From Diadema antillarum (lineage: Eukaryota): a stretch of DNA of 64,000 nt. The notes under the pieces were generated by a model, which saw only the letters and a list, made by a program, of their open reading frames with translations, ran no database searches and was not told the DNA's origin. The position numbers and the translations under genes were made by a program. The stretch is from the NCBI RefSeq assembly GCF_040938485.1, contig NW_027272492.1, forward strand, positions 124,001-188,000. Reading direction: 5' to 3'. This document shows positions 1 through 12,900 of this stretch, in pieces; position 1 is the stretch's first letter, and each line of letters opens with the position of its first letter.

Positions 1-947
1 GCATCCATAATGCAGCATCTGCAATGTTTTTGATAACTCAAAGGTTGGACATTGTTTTCTGCAATTTTTTTTTTTGAAACTTCATGCAAAACAACTCTCT
101 GTGTGTAAAAATTTATTGTGAGCTTGACTCACAAGAGAGAATAGTCGAAATCATGAAGGTGATGAAAATGTAGTGTGTGGATTATGCATATTTTAATTGC
201 GTAAATGTGTAAGATATTGTGTGTGCCAACAGAGGTTCAGTAATGAACTCAACTAACATGTGCATGTAAGTTTTGCTTTAATATTCTGCACTTATTTTAG
301 TCCATGGACAAATTCAAACCATGAATTTGATTTAGCCAACCTATGTTAAATCAAAATAATATGTTTGTATGATTGCACTTTCAAGAGCATTAATCTTGCA
401 AGTGTTTCAGGGCATGTCTTATACATGTACTTTTAAGCTGAGTAGTTTCTGTCTGTTTTTCACATTTCTTTGGAACATCACAGAGTTTTTTATACTTGAA
501 TACTAAATACTGACTTGTGGCATGTCAAATAACATTTCTCACTGTGAAAAATGAGTCAAAAAAAAAAAAAAAAAACTAGTGCAAAGACAAAGGTGTTCAT
601 ATGGTCAAACTGAAATACATGTATATGATGACCAGTCACAAACCCAGTAAAGCTCAAGTGGAGCTTTTTACAAATTATTCTTCTTTGCTCTTTTTAATGT
701 GAGTGAATAAAGCAAGATGGTGGTTTTAAATGAAGTAAAGGACCCCTCTTTCTTACTGCTTAAAATAGTCAGCCACCAACTGCTTGATTTGAAATGAATA
801 CCATTGAGTAAACGTGTGTCAAAGGGGTCAAAGTACCATGCTCAGTTCTAGGATATATCTAGCATCAGTAAACTGAGCATGCTTTCACTCAGTACATACA
901 TGTACACATGGATAATTGTTTTGTAAGACAAATTGTGATGGCATGTA

Positions 948-1251
948 CAGAGACTCCAACCCAAAGCACCTTCTGATCTGGAGATTCTCCCGCCTGAAAC
1001 CCCTAGCAAACGGGAGACTCCAAGTTGATGTGTGCGAAGCGCGAAGTTGCCAGGGTTCTAGATGCTCTCTGGTCCTATATAAGGCTTATTTTTTGCAACA
1101 TACAATAGCAATAAGTAAGAAATCCTTTCGAACGGGAGACACAGAGCCAGGGCGGGAGAAATTAAATCTCAAACGGGAGAATGGGAGATTTTGCAAAAAT
1201 GGGTTTTCGGCGGGAGATCTCCCGTCGAAAATGGGAGAGTTGGAGTCTCTG
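948..1251 (+). mobile_element. MITE family A copy 1, 6-bp TSD
   Basis: TIR CAGAGACTCCAAC / GTTGGAGTCTCTG, CATGTA duplicated (942-47, 1252-57), many CGGGAGA motifs; near-identical to 5546-5848. Confidence 0.85.
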
Positions 1252-1959
1252 CATGTATGCTTATGTAAGATGGTGTATGTGATAAAGAATGTTGGAATAT
1301 GAGTAGTCTGTTAGCACTTGGCAACATTTTATTGCAATGCTGAAAAGGAAAGTTTTCTGGCAGCATTATTTGTTTTCAGAAACTTTAGCAGTCCAACGTG
1401 TAAGTCATGCAGAGTGTTATATGCCTCCTAGGGGCTACTACCCCCAATGTGTAAATTGAACTTTTTGGGGGATATGCAAGTTGAATATGTTTATGTTTAT
1501 TGAACCATTCCCTGTGTGTGTTTGCCACCATGATAGTTATTATTCAGCCTTTCAGTGAAACAGTCATTTCAAGGTAAAAGAATGGATACTGCCAAAATGA
1601 AACAATATCATCCCTGCTGCAAGATTCAAGTTTTATTATTTCTACACGTAGGGTGTACATAAAGATTTCTTTGTACAGTATAATGCTGAAATTAAGTGAA
1701 ATAAAAGTTGGGATTGATGTGTATGGAAAGTATTACCAGTGTGTTGGACTTTCACAGTTGAGTCTATAAATGAAAGATTCAGTCGTAGATATGACTTCAT
1801 TTACACATACAATGATTCTTCTCTTTTACACACTGGTACTGTGGAGATAGAATGGAATATTCAATACATCGTAATGTTTGCTTTGAATATGCTAAATTTT
1901 TGTGGTATATTTTGTGCTTTGGTACATAAAAATGAAGATGATGAAGTATCACTACATGA

Positions 1960-2584
1960 CTGAAGAGGATACCCACCCCAAAAGTAAATAAAATTCCAAA
2001 GAAAAAGAAAAATATTCCCTATAGAATGGTACAAAAAAAGACAAAAATCAGATAAAAAATGAGGAAGGCATGACATTTTGAAGTTTCACATTTTTTCAGA
2101 AAACATTTCCTGACCAATCCTTATGAATATTCAAATCAGCAAGTTGACGATGTCGTGTGCTCACAATTTACTATTAATTGCAGATACGGAAATGACAAAA
2201 ATCTCATATTTCAGCTGTATAGATATAAAACGTGTCTTAAAACCACCCAAAATAAAAAAGAACAAATGTTAACTCTGATATATTGTGGTATGGGAACATA
2301 CTTTTACTTGTATGTATATTAGCTAAATAAAACCAATTTTTCCAAAGTTCATATTATATATCATACATGAAAAATTGTGAGGGTATGACATCATCAACTC
2401 GCACATTTGAATATTCATAAGGACTGGTCAAGAAATGTTTTCAGGAGAAAAGAATGTGAAATTTCACAATGTCATATCTTCTTGATTTCCTGTCAGATTT
2501 TGTACATTTTTGTATCATTCTATAGGGAATATTTTTCTCTTTCTTTTGAAGTTTATTTATTTTTTAGGTGGATTTCTTCATTAA
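1960..2584. mobile_element. Foldback/Kolobok-like MITE with ~180-bp diverged TIRs
   Basis: 1960-2137 is the reverse complement of 2404-2584 (e.g. ttcctgaccaatccttatgaatattcaaat vs atttgaatattcataaggactggtcaagaa); TTAA at the right end. Confidence 0.7.
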
Positions 2585-2999
2585 GTGTATCATTTGGGCT
2601 GTGTTCTTTCTTTTTCCACCTGATGGGGTCACTAGTATGTGTGCTCACAAGCTTGAAATACTACCCTGTTCCTATGGGTAAATTCTGATGGAAGGTTTCC
2701 ACAAGCAGGTAAAGACTGGACTGCATTTGACTGGCTTAAAGTTTTATGCATATGATTAGCCCCTTTAAATTTATGAGCTCACCTCAGCCAGCATTTGTGA
2801 CTTTCCTGGCACGATGCCCTAAAAAATGTTACCGGTAACTTCCAATTTCAGTTTCTTTCTTTAACCTATTCGAGCTGGACCCATGCATGTACCGTACCTG
2901 GTACTATACGTGTATACTTGTCAGGCTTCAAGATGTTTCAGTCCAATAGGAAGGCTATGGTTACATACTTCAGTAATCAAGATTAAGGGGATTACTTAA

Positions 3000-3093
3000 C
3001 CTGTTGAGGTGTCCCGAGTATAGATACCCAGGTACTCGGGCAGAGGTCTATGGAAAATGGGTGTTGTAGCAAAATCAGCCCGTCCTCAACGGG
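3000..3093. mobile_element. piggyBac-type mini-MITE
   Basis: TTAA|CCTGTTGAGG...CCTCAACGGG|TTAA; related copy in opposite orientation at 43126-43210. Confidence 0.75.
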
Positions 3094-3937
3094 TTAATAG
3101 GCATAATCTTTCTATGTACATTACCAAAAATAGCCTTGTGCTTTTGGTGATAGCTCATCATTCTTCATGCTTGTTTTGATGTCTTTATACTGTGTGAAAG
3201 TTAGGTTAAATAAATTAATGTGTTTATGATGGTTTGCACATGCGTTTGGCCATGCATCCTCCATTTTTTTTCCCTGCCAAATGTTGATGCAACAACAACA
3301 CAAATAAAAGTTGTGAAATATTGTACAAGCGTATGACCAAGAAAACTCTTTGTCACCGTTTGTTGATTTGACGTACCGGTACAGTAATATATCCTGTGTA
3401 AGTATCATGTGTTTGTCTCCCATTTCCTTTGCTATTCGACGCCATTGTGCATGCAGAAGAAATTTGGGGAATTACAGGGAAGGAGCAAAGGTCACACTTC
3501 TTAAGTTAATTTGAATGAATTGAAACTGTTTGACACTGAACTGTGGGGACATGATTGGAGTAGGCATACTGCTATGTTGATATGCCCTGAAGGGTTGAGA
3601 GGAATGGTCCTTCAAAAAAGAAAAGAAGAAAAGAAACAAACAAATGAAAAACAACCAAACAATCATAGCGACAATGATAAACCAACGAACAAGCACGCAA
3701 ACAGCCATGTTTAAATACAATAAATTCGGTCTTGTTTTGTACACCTGCTACTGTAGTAGTATGCTCAAAACAAAGAGATTTTCCCCAGTGGGAAGGAGAA
3801 AAATCTCTTTGGCTCAAAAAAACAGAACCAAGATGATAGAGCGCACTCTATTGTTCATGAATGACAACATTCGTCAGCTATTAACCATCCGGTGGGAGAC
3901 AGCGTGTGGAATTTTGGACGGCAATTAATGCCCGAAA

Positions 3938-3973
3938 ATGTCGTTAATGATTAGACGGGTTATTGCCCAGCAG
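3938..3973 (+). CDS. RARS2: RARS2 exon 1 ([12 protein letters not shown])
   Basis: ATG in gaaaATG context; donor CAG|gtaagt; 36 nt, phase 0. Confidence 0.85.
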
Positions 3974-6900
3974 GTAAGTAACTTTGTATCAATTGTAAAA
4001 ATTTCTTGAGTAAATATTGGCAGAGTTTGATATTATGGTGACGTAGAATTTACTAGTACAACACGAAAGCGAAAGACAGCTCACAGTGGCGGGAGATATC
4101 GTAGTCCCATTAACTGGATTTGATGTATGGTATTGATCAAGTTGATCTGCAAAACTTGCGAACATGCAAAACAGTCTTTAATTTCGCGAATAGCACCTGA
4201 CTCGCGAAACATGTACCGTACGTCACTTTCATATCGGGATCAGAGTCCATGTTTTCGCGTGTCTTTAATTTCGCGAATAGTACCTGACTCGCGAAATTCG
4301 TGAAAATAGAAACCTCGCAAAATATTCGGCGTAGCGTAGCAACGTCAACCTCGGAGTCCTCGCTGAGCTGAGTCGCTCTAATTAACACTAAGTACTTAAC
4401 AGTACTTGGAACCTTTTACTTAGTATTATTAGTATTACCTAGTCTATAGACCTACCAAAGTACCTCATTTGATAATAATCTATATCTTATCATACCTTCT
4501 TGCAATTAGATAACTCTATTCTCATTGTCTTTATGAATTTGAAGGCATTAATAGTCCACCACTCCATTCACAGCCATTCATTTCGTCATAGCCGGTGACT
4601 GCTTTCAACCTCCATTTTGTAGCCTTTGCACATAGACAACTGGTGGTCTAGTGAAGACGCACACGCAGAAAAAGACTCAGAGGGGACCGATATGACGATT
4701 TAGCCAATTTGAAATAAATAGCAAAGTTACAATTGATTGGGGGACTTCCAATTGAGTAATTATAGGATGCATTGCAACTCGACCACGATGGGGTCTTGGG
4801 ACGTATCGAGACTTTGGCTCTGTATGCAGCACTGCGAGCCTTGCACTTAGCACATCATCAACACCACAACATGTGCATATTCTCTGACTAAGTGCTGCAT
4901 AGGGTACACAAGGCAGCCAGTGCACGCGGCTGTGCTGGCACGCACACTAGTTGCCGGCCGTTGATTGTGTAATCATAAATAGAAGATGGAAAATGTTTTT
5001 AAAAACTTACAATTAAAACAGATAAACGTTTATGACAAGACTAAAAAACAAACAAACAAACAAACGAGGAGAAAATACAAAGAGAATGAATTGGAAGCCA
5101 TTTAAAAAGATCAAGCCATCTAGAATTTAAGGAAAAATATTTTTAGAGTGGCGCCAGTCTGCTTGCACCTGAAGTCTCGATGTACCATTAGGACTCTGAT
5201 TTTCGCAGCAATTTCAATCCGAAGTCCCCCAATCAATTATAACTTTGCTTTTGATTTTTGATTTATTGTATCAAACAAATACGATGAGAATGGAGCAGAA
5301 AAAAACCCCACTGTACTTCCCAGAAAATAACATTTTTAGAAGGTATGAAAAATGAGGGTAACCGTTATTTTCATCTCTTTGCGAGCGTGGTGGTCAAGGT
5401 GTATTTGATTGCATGTTCATGTGGCTAATATTCAAGCTCAGCGCGGCGTCCCAGTGTGTTTCTTCTGAGGAAATATTAAAGGTGTTACCCTCATCACCAC
5501 TTACCACCCCACATTCTATTGTTAAGTAGAAACGTATTGATTGCGCAGAGACACCAACCTAAAGCACCTTCTGATCTGGAGATTCTCCCGCCTGAGACCC
5601 CTTGCAAACGGGAGACTCCAAATTGATGTGTGCAAAGCGCGAAGTTCCTAGGGTTCTAGATGCACTCTGGTGCTATCTAAGGCTTATTTTTTCAGCATAC
5701 AATAGCAATAAGTAAGAAATCCTTTCCAACGGGAGACACAGAGCCAGGGCGGGAGAAATTAAATATTAAGCGGGAGACTGGGAGATTCTGCAAAAATGGG
5801 TTTTCGGCGGGAGATCTCCCGTCAAAAACGGGAGAGTTGGAGTCTCTGATTGAGGCAGTGGCATGGTAGAATGGATAACAACATTAGATGGTACATGCAT
5901 GTCACAATTTGAGTCAGCTGAGAAAAGACCTTTTTTGTTGTTGTTTTATTATGTGTGATATGAATTTGACATTGTGTATAAGCTCACCTTTAAGCCCATG
6001 AAGATAAAGGGTGTAACATATGTCAAGTCAGTTCATTGTTATCTTCTTCATCTTTGTCTCAGGTGGCCAAAGCTACTTCAAGTAAAGAAGAGCAGATTCT
6101 TCCACTCCTGGTACCCTTGAGAAATAAAAACAGGTAGAGTATCAGTATCTCAAATTTTTTTGAATAGTTGTATGGCAAGGTATTGTATGGCATTGATGAA
6201 AAATTTTGTCAGGATATTGAAATAATAATTTTTTTTTCATTTTTTTTTGTGTGTTTTGTTCCCCATTTACCTGATTGGACTTTTGGACAAGTATTTAACG
6301 AGTTTACTCAGCAATGAAATGCTGTATATTAGACCTAAGTTTTCATACAGGATTTTTGAGGGTGTTGTCCCAGGTAAGAATGTTTGTGGATTTACAACAT
6401 TCCCCTTGTCAACACTATTCTATATGTGGGTATTGTATAAGTAGAGATTTTTGCTTAGGCAATTTTTGCTCTTGGTCATGTAGGATGACTTTAGCTTATG
6501 TTTGTTTTGTTTTTTAATTTATTTATGTATTGTGAATGTACAAACATGTGTATGCGTTTATCCAGTTTTAGTCAGTCTGTTGAATTATTCATGACATGCT
6601 ATTATTATTGTATTGGTTACTTATTGTATTGGTGTACACACCGCAGAAAACTCTTTTCACATTAAGATTTGATCTTTTCACATTGATCCTTTCACACAGT
6701 GTGTGTTATGTGCATATGAAATCTTTTCTACTATTATTGCTGTGTTCAGAATTCATACCTAGATGTAGTGTTATTAAAATGCCATTTGTTGTCTTTTCTT
6801 TTCCATTCATACACAGCCATGACCTCAAGCTAGGACTAAAAGTTGGGTCACTACCACAGCAGAATGGACCAGCCACAAACCAGGCACAAAGAGGGAATGG

Positions 6901-9900
6901 CAAAGCCATGGATGAAGTTGCTTGGAAGATTGCCAAGAAGGTATGTGTGGGGAATAGCATTCTGCTTCCGTCATCGTATGAAATGAACTACAGTTCATTA
7001 TTGTCACAGAATTTCATCTTTTGTATCATTATTTTGAGGTTGTTTTTTTTTTTTTTGAAAGAGAAACTTGATGTACAGAAATTATAGATTTTATGGTTCA
7101 TGTATAAGGACTCAAACCCATAACACATTTAGTGAAGTAAAGACTTCTGCAAGGTAGATCTGTAATGTCTGTGTTAGTAATTTCTTGAGTGTTATAATTC
7201 AATAATACTTGAAATAGTTGGAGTATGTACAGAATTTAATATGTGTAAAGCAAGTACCATCAGCTGAAATGAAGTGAAAGCATGAAAAAAAATTTCCATT
7301 ATAGACACAAACCCCTCCACTCTTCAGTGCAACTACATTTTGTAAAAGTGGAAGCTATGTTGCAGCACACATGTTGAAAATAGCAATGATGTGTAGGTAG
7401 GATTGTACCCAGTACATAACTTACAGATTTTTATTTTTTAGTTTTTTTATTTGATTGTCTTTTTCACAGAATTGTGTAGATTTGATTGTGAAAGCCCCAC
7501 AGCAAATGCTTCACGAAAACCTTGTTTGAAACAGGCCACTGTTCAGCATCACAGCCAAGTTCAAACTCCTGATGTTTCTTGCTTAGTATGTTTGTGGGTT
7601 TCACATGCATAGTTTCTTGTATAGGACTCTAAATAGTTTGGAGGAATTTAGCCAGCTGTTGTGGCAACATTGCCTCGTTGTCATTTTATAGATTTGCCAT
7701 GGTTCACATCCCTTCAAATTTGCCTTTTCAGTATCATGAATTGTCCTTGCGCCCTCCCTCTGTTTGACAGGTAGCTTGTCCAGAACATGTGCACAACATC
7801 AAAATCGAGAGTGGTGTGATGCAGTTCACCCTGGACTCTAAACATTTCATGGAGGTATGAATATGATCGCATGCTTTTTTTGAGTCCTCATGTAAAATCA
7901 AGGGGTGCGAATTTTTGTTCATTTTGTGATGCATCGTCACATGCACATCATAGATTTTAGATGGTCATTCCAGTCATGGAGAGTGTGGCAAGGATTTTAT
8001 TAGAAGGGGCTGCTCATGGAAAACAGCCAACTAATGAACATAAACTGATTTGCATGCAACTTACAAACTAGTTGTTTAAATATTTGCAATGAACATACCT
8101 TCATGAAAGAAAGGTATTATTCAGAGGGATGAAGGTTCAAGTGCAAGTTTCTTCACTTAATTGTCTCCCTCTACATATTAAATTTGTTAAGATAGCAACT
8201 GCTGATCTGTAAATTGATCTGTAAATTAACAAACATGTCGGAAAAAAGGAACTAGTGGGACTCAAACCTGTCATCAACAGTAGATGACAGGTTCAAGTCC
8301 CACTGGTTCCTTTTTACCGACATGTTTGTTGATTTACAGATCAGCAGTTGCAATCGTGACAAATTTAATTTGTAGAGGGAGACAAAGTGAAGAAACTAGC
8401 ACTTGAACATACCTTCATATTAATCATATGCCTAAGTAAAGTTGCAATTAAATGTACATGTCTTGATATTAAGAGCATGAATATGTAAAATCGAACATGA
8501 CTATACACTTTTATCATGTTTATATTACAGATATATTATAAAGCATATAATATGAACTAGAAATAAAATGAATATTAGCATCAGTATGTATATTATGGAA
8601 GATGAAGCTGTCTTGCAAATGCTTGATGATTTTAGTTTTGCCTGTGTGGTTTTATTTTCTTGTCATGTAGCAAGTTCTGAAAGATGCATTTCGTGGAAAC
8701 CTGGGACACGCCCACCCATGCTCTCCGCTGGAAGAATCCCCTTTGAATGTGATTGTTGAGTTCAGGTGAGTACACTTCATCTTTTTGCCTAATGCATTGA
8801 TTTACAAGTGCAGCCAGTTATACCGGAAAAAGAATTGATTGATTCAAATCTTTGCTTCAGTTATCACATTCTTCACTTTCAGATTTGTTATCTATCCTCT
8901 GACATAGGAGATTGATGTTGTTTGGTAACTTCATTAAGTGCTGAGTTGTGCTTGATTTCTTCTTGTTTTTTGGTGTTTTTTTTTTTCATAGTTGCTCATA
9001 TAATAATCACCAACATTTTACTTGGGTACAATATCATGGAAAAAAAGAAACTTTTTTTTTTCCCAGCTCGGAAATTGAGCTGTCTTTTCTAGACCTCTGA
9101 CATGTGATAATTCTCCACAGATTCGATCAGAGACAGGCCAGAACAAAATATATCAATGAAAAAGGAGAAGAGTAGGAAAGTGAACTGGATTACTGTATAC
9201 ATTGTGTTTGTACAATTGATATGCGCTCAAAGGTGACCATTCTGACTTTTCCTTCCTTGATTCATAGCCTGCATGGTGTGCATGCATTAGTGCTTCCATT
9301 ACTAAATGTAATTATACAAACTTGTGCATTTTCTCCCATGGTATGGTGTTTATCTTTTCAATTTGTCTGGTTTTCTGTTTCCCTATTATGCAGTATCTTG
9401 CTATTAGTGATGACATGATATCATCCTCTGTGTTTGTACATTTCTCTATCTCCTAATTTTTCTTATCTCTCATTACTGTCCTGTCATTAACTATCATCCT
9501 TTTTTCCCCTCATTTTGGTATTAATGCCCACTGTCTATGATTCTTTCATAGTCACATTTTCTCCTTGTCTTCCTAAGTATTTTTGTCATGAAAAATCACC
9601 AATGTAATCTTTTTGATTTTTTTTTCACCGTGCATCCTCTCCACTGTTTTTGACCTCCCACCAGTTCTCCAAATATTGCCAAGCCCTTCCACGTGGGTCA
9701 TCTGCGGTCAACACTGATTGGAAACTTCCTGGCCAACCTCCAAGATCTGCTTGGCCACAATGTCACCAGGATCAACTACCTTGGAGACTGGGGTACACAG
9801 TTTGGTAAGTTGAACCCAAGGTGTTTTCTTGTTCCCCCTGTTGAGGTTAATGCACTGTGTATGCACAATCTACCATTTAACACTCCTACGTTCTGAGTAG

Positions 9901-12900
9901 ATGTTCTGAGTAATTAGATCTCACCCCCTTGCCCGTTTCTAGTCGTGAGATTAAATTTTAGAGGAATGTATTCTTGAGAGGAGGCTCTGATACAATTAAA
10001 TGGAGGATTATTGTACATCATCATTCAATTCATGACTGAAAAAGGTCATGCCATTTGCTAACTAATGGCGAGGCCAAGTTAGAATATGGCGTGATTAGGG
10101 GAATCAGTTTTAGTTTTCTTTCAAAGCTCTTCCTAGAATAATTTTCTTTCCAATTCATGTTAGGATGCCTGATCGTGAGCTATGAGCTATTTCTCAAGGA
10201 TCATCTGCATAATACATGAGGCCTTATGTATTGGTGGTATTGCCCAGTCATTCCCCAGCAACACTACGTAAACAAACAATAAATCCAATAGTGACAGCGA
10301 TAGCAATATGCCACACAAAAAGTATGTTAGCATGGAAATGTTTTGGAAAAGGACAGTTGTTGCAGCCGTATGACAGAACCAATATATTGTCGCTGTTGTA
10401 AATCCATTCATGCATTATGCTCAAGTTTACTGTCAGTTGAATTGTCACTGTGTTGTATGACCATTACAAAAAGTACACATTGTATGACACAAAACCTTGC
10501 GATCAGAATCTGAAGGTAATGGCATTATGTGTCATACAGATACTTTGGCCCTTGAAAGATGTATCTTACGTCTTGTGACCAAGACTGGTAATGACTTCCA
10601 GTTGGATGATCATGTGTTTGCATGTGTGGCTTGTGAATGACATTTCTATACATCTTGTTGCTTGTCAACCTCATGGCTTTCACTTATAGATTGTGTTTCT
10701 TTTTTGAGTGCATTTGTTGAAAATTACCTGTCTTGTATGGACATGAGCCTTTTCCATGATGGAGCAAATGTCACCAATATTCTAAATCCATTTTTGAGCT
10801 GGTTAATGCAACATGAGTATTAAATTGATACTGCAACCTTTGTAAAAGCACATAGCAATCAATATTGTATCTAATACTGCTTTTGTTTCATTATTTACCC
10901 ATGTTTTTGTTTTTCATAGGTATTCTTGGGGTTGGCTTCCAGGAATTTGGTAATGAAGAGGAGTTGAACCTCGACCCTATAGGACATCTGTACAAAGTTT
11001 ATGTGACAGCAAACAGGGTGGCTGAGGAGGACCCTTTAATATGGGAGAGAGCCAAGGAGTTGTTCAGAAAGATGGAACAAGGTTAGGAAACGGCACAAGG
11101 TTAGCCCTGTTTGTGTACGCTAGGTAAAACGTGTGGACTTGTGGTCAATTGAAATGACTTCTGCTGTCATGTGATGCTGTGACTTTATCCAGGGGCTATG
11201 TTTTCTGTCGTGCCGTGATAAACATTTTTTTTTTTTTATTGAACTACAAATTTGCATGTTTCATGGTGATATTTCAAATCTGTAGGCATTCTGTAATTCT
11301 TACATACATCTTTAATGACTAGAATTGCTACTCAGTCCTGAAGTCCCAATTCACTCTCTGTAATGACTTGATATTAAATTATTGGGATCTCCCTTGTGCT
11401 TTGATATGAAGATTGCCAGGAAGATATCAGATTGTAGACCCAGAGCTGGAGTAGAGGTTTACCGACATAGCAATTGCAAACTTACAGATGAGTGAATAAC
11501 AGGATTAAGTCATAGGGTCGTGATATTTGCGTGACACCCAAGCATGCAATGTCCTATGGAAGAACACAGGCTAACACATTCTCGTTTCTTTATGTGTGAG
11601 ATGAAGTTCTCACATACAAAATGATATTCTTTAGAATAAATTCAAGCAAATATGATTAATTGAGGGGAGACTATTTAATTGCAATTAGCAAGATATACTG
11701 AGAGACATTATTCTGTCAATTTCTTACAATTTAAACCTTGTTTGTCTTCCTCCATAGGAAATTCTGATGCATTAGCACTAAGACAGAGGTTCATAGATCT
11801 GAGCATCTCTGAATACACAAGGACTTATGAGGTAAGTCATCATCATATTCTTTCCTTACATACATATTTGTCAATTGTCTGACACAAATTTTACCAATGC
11901 CATTCATAACACCACAGTCCTTTATTATACTTTGTACCGATCTTGGATGCAAATGTGGCTGTCATTATATTCAATAGCAATTGAACTATGCTGATCAACC
12001 CTGACAAAGTAGATTTGCTTTAATTATTTGGTCTTGTACATTAAGGTTACTTTATCTGTGCATTCTGTGCTTTTTCTGCATGATGAGGAGGAATCATAGG
12101 GCTCAATGTATTGGAAGTAAGATGTTAAATTCAAATTACACCCACTGGACTTCGTGATGTAAAACCAATAGCATTCGCTGCATGAAACTTTTGCGAATTG
12201 GATCTGACAGCCTTTGTTGCGGCATGAAGCTTTGCGAATTGGCAACTGGCATTCAATGCAAAGTGTAGACGAAAACTTTCATGTGCATTTTACTTTCACG
12301 AATCTTGGCTCCTCATGAAATTTGTAAAAGCTACATGCATCTGAAAATTTCTGGTTTTACAGTAGCATTTAGCAAGATGGTAAAAACACTTCTTATGGTA
12401 GAAAAATTGGACCTAGTGATAGGTTAATGGCAATGGCTGCATCACGTTTTGTGTGCGCCATACTGGCCACATGTGATTTTCCTCATAATCACATGGTTGC
12501 TGTGCCGTGAGTGAATTCAATTGCTGAATGCCAGTGAATACTGGGTGACACTTACAATGTCGTCATTGTGTTTGTCTTGCAGAGACTCGGCATTCGATTT
12601 GACGAGTACCGCAGTGAGTCAGAGTACGGCCGTGATGCCCAGACTTTGCTGGGTGAGCTCAGGCAGAGGAGACTTCTCCACACATCTGAGTGAGTTGTAA
12701 TATAACTGCCTATGAAACAACTTTTAAAGCAGTCAAGAATTTTATTACAAACTGATTGGACTCTGAACTTGAGTATGCAACAAGTGCAGATCCCCATGTG
12801 AGGCAAGATTATTTTCACTCAGTGTGAGTTAGGAAAGTTACAGCAAGTGACATTGACTTGAAAATTTTTGAGAAACTTCGTTTTGTTGATTGAAAGATAA

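Noticed and set aside
916-1302. 128-aa ORF as a gene
   Set aside because: It lies almost entirely within MITE family A, starts at TTG and has no motif.
2165-2214. Minus-strand exon LKYEIFVISVSAINSK with good splice sites
   Set aside because: It lies in the centre of the 1960-2584 foldback element, so the sites are probably fortuitous.
8283-8310. tRNA gene at GGTTCAAGTCCC
   Set aside because: Only a T-arm/B-box-like motif is present, with no cloverleaf or A-box.
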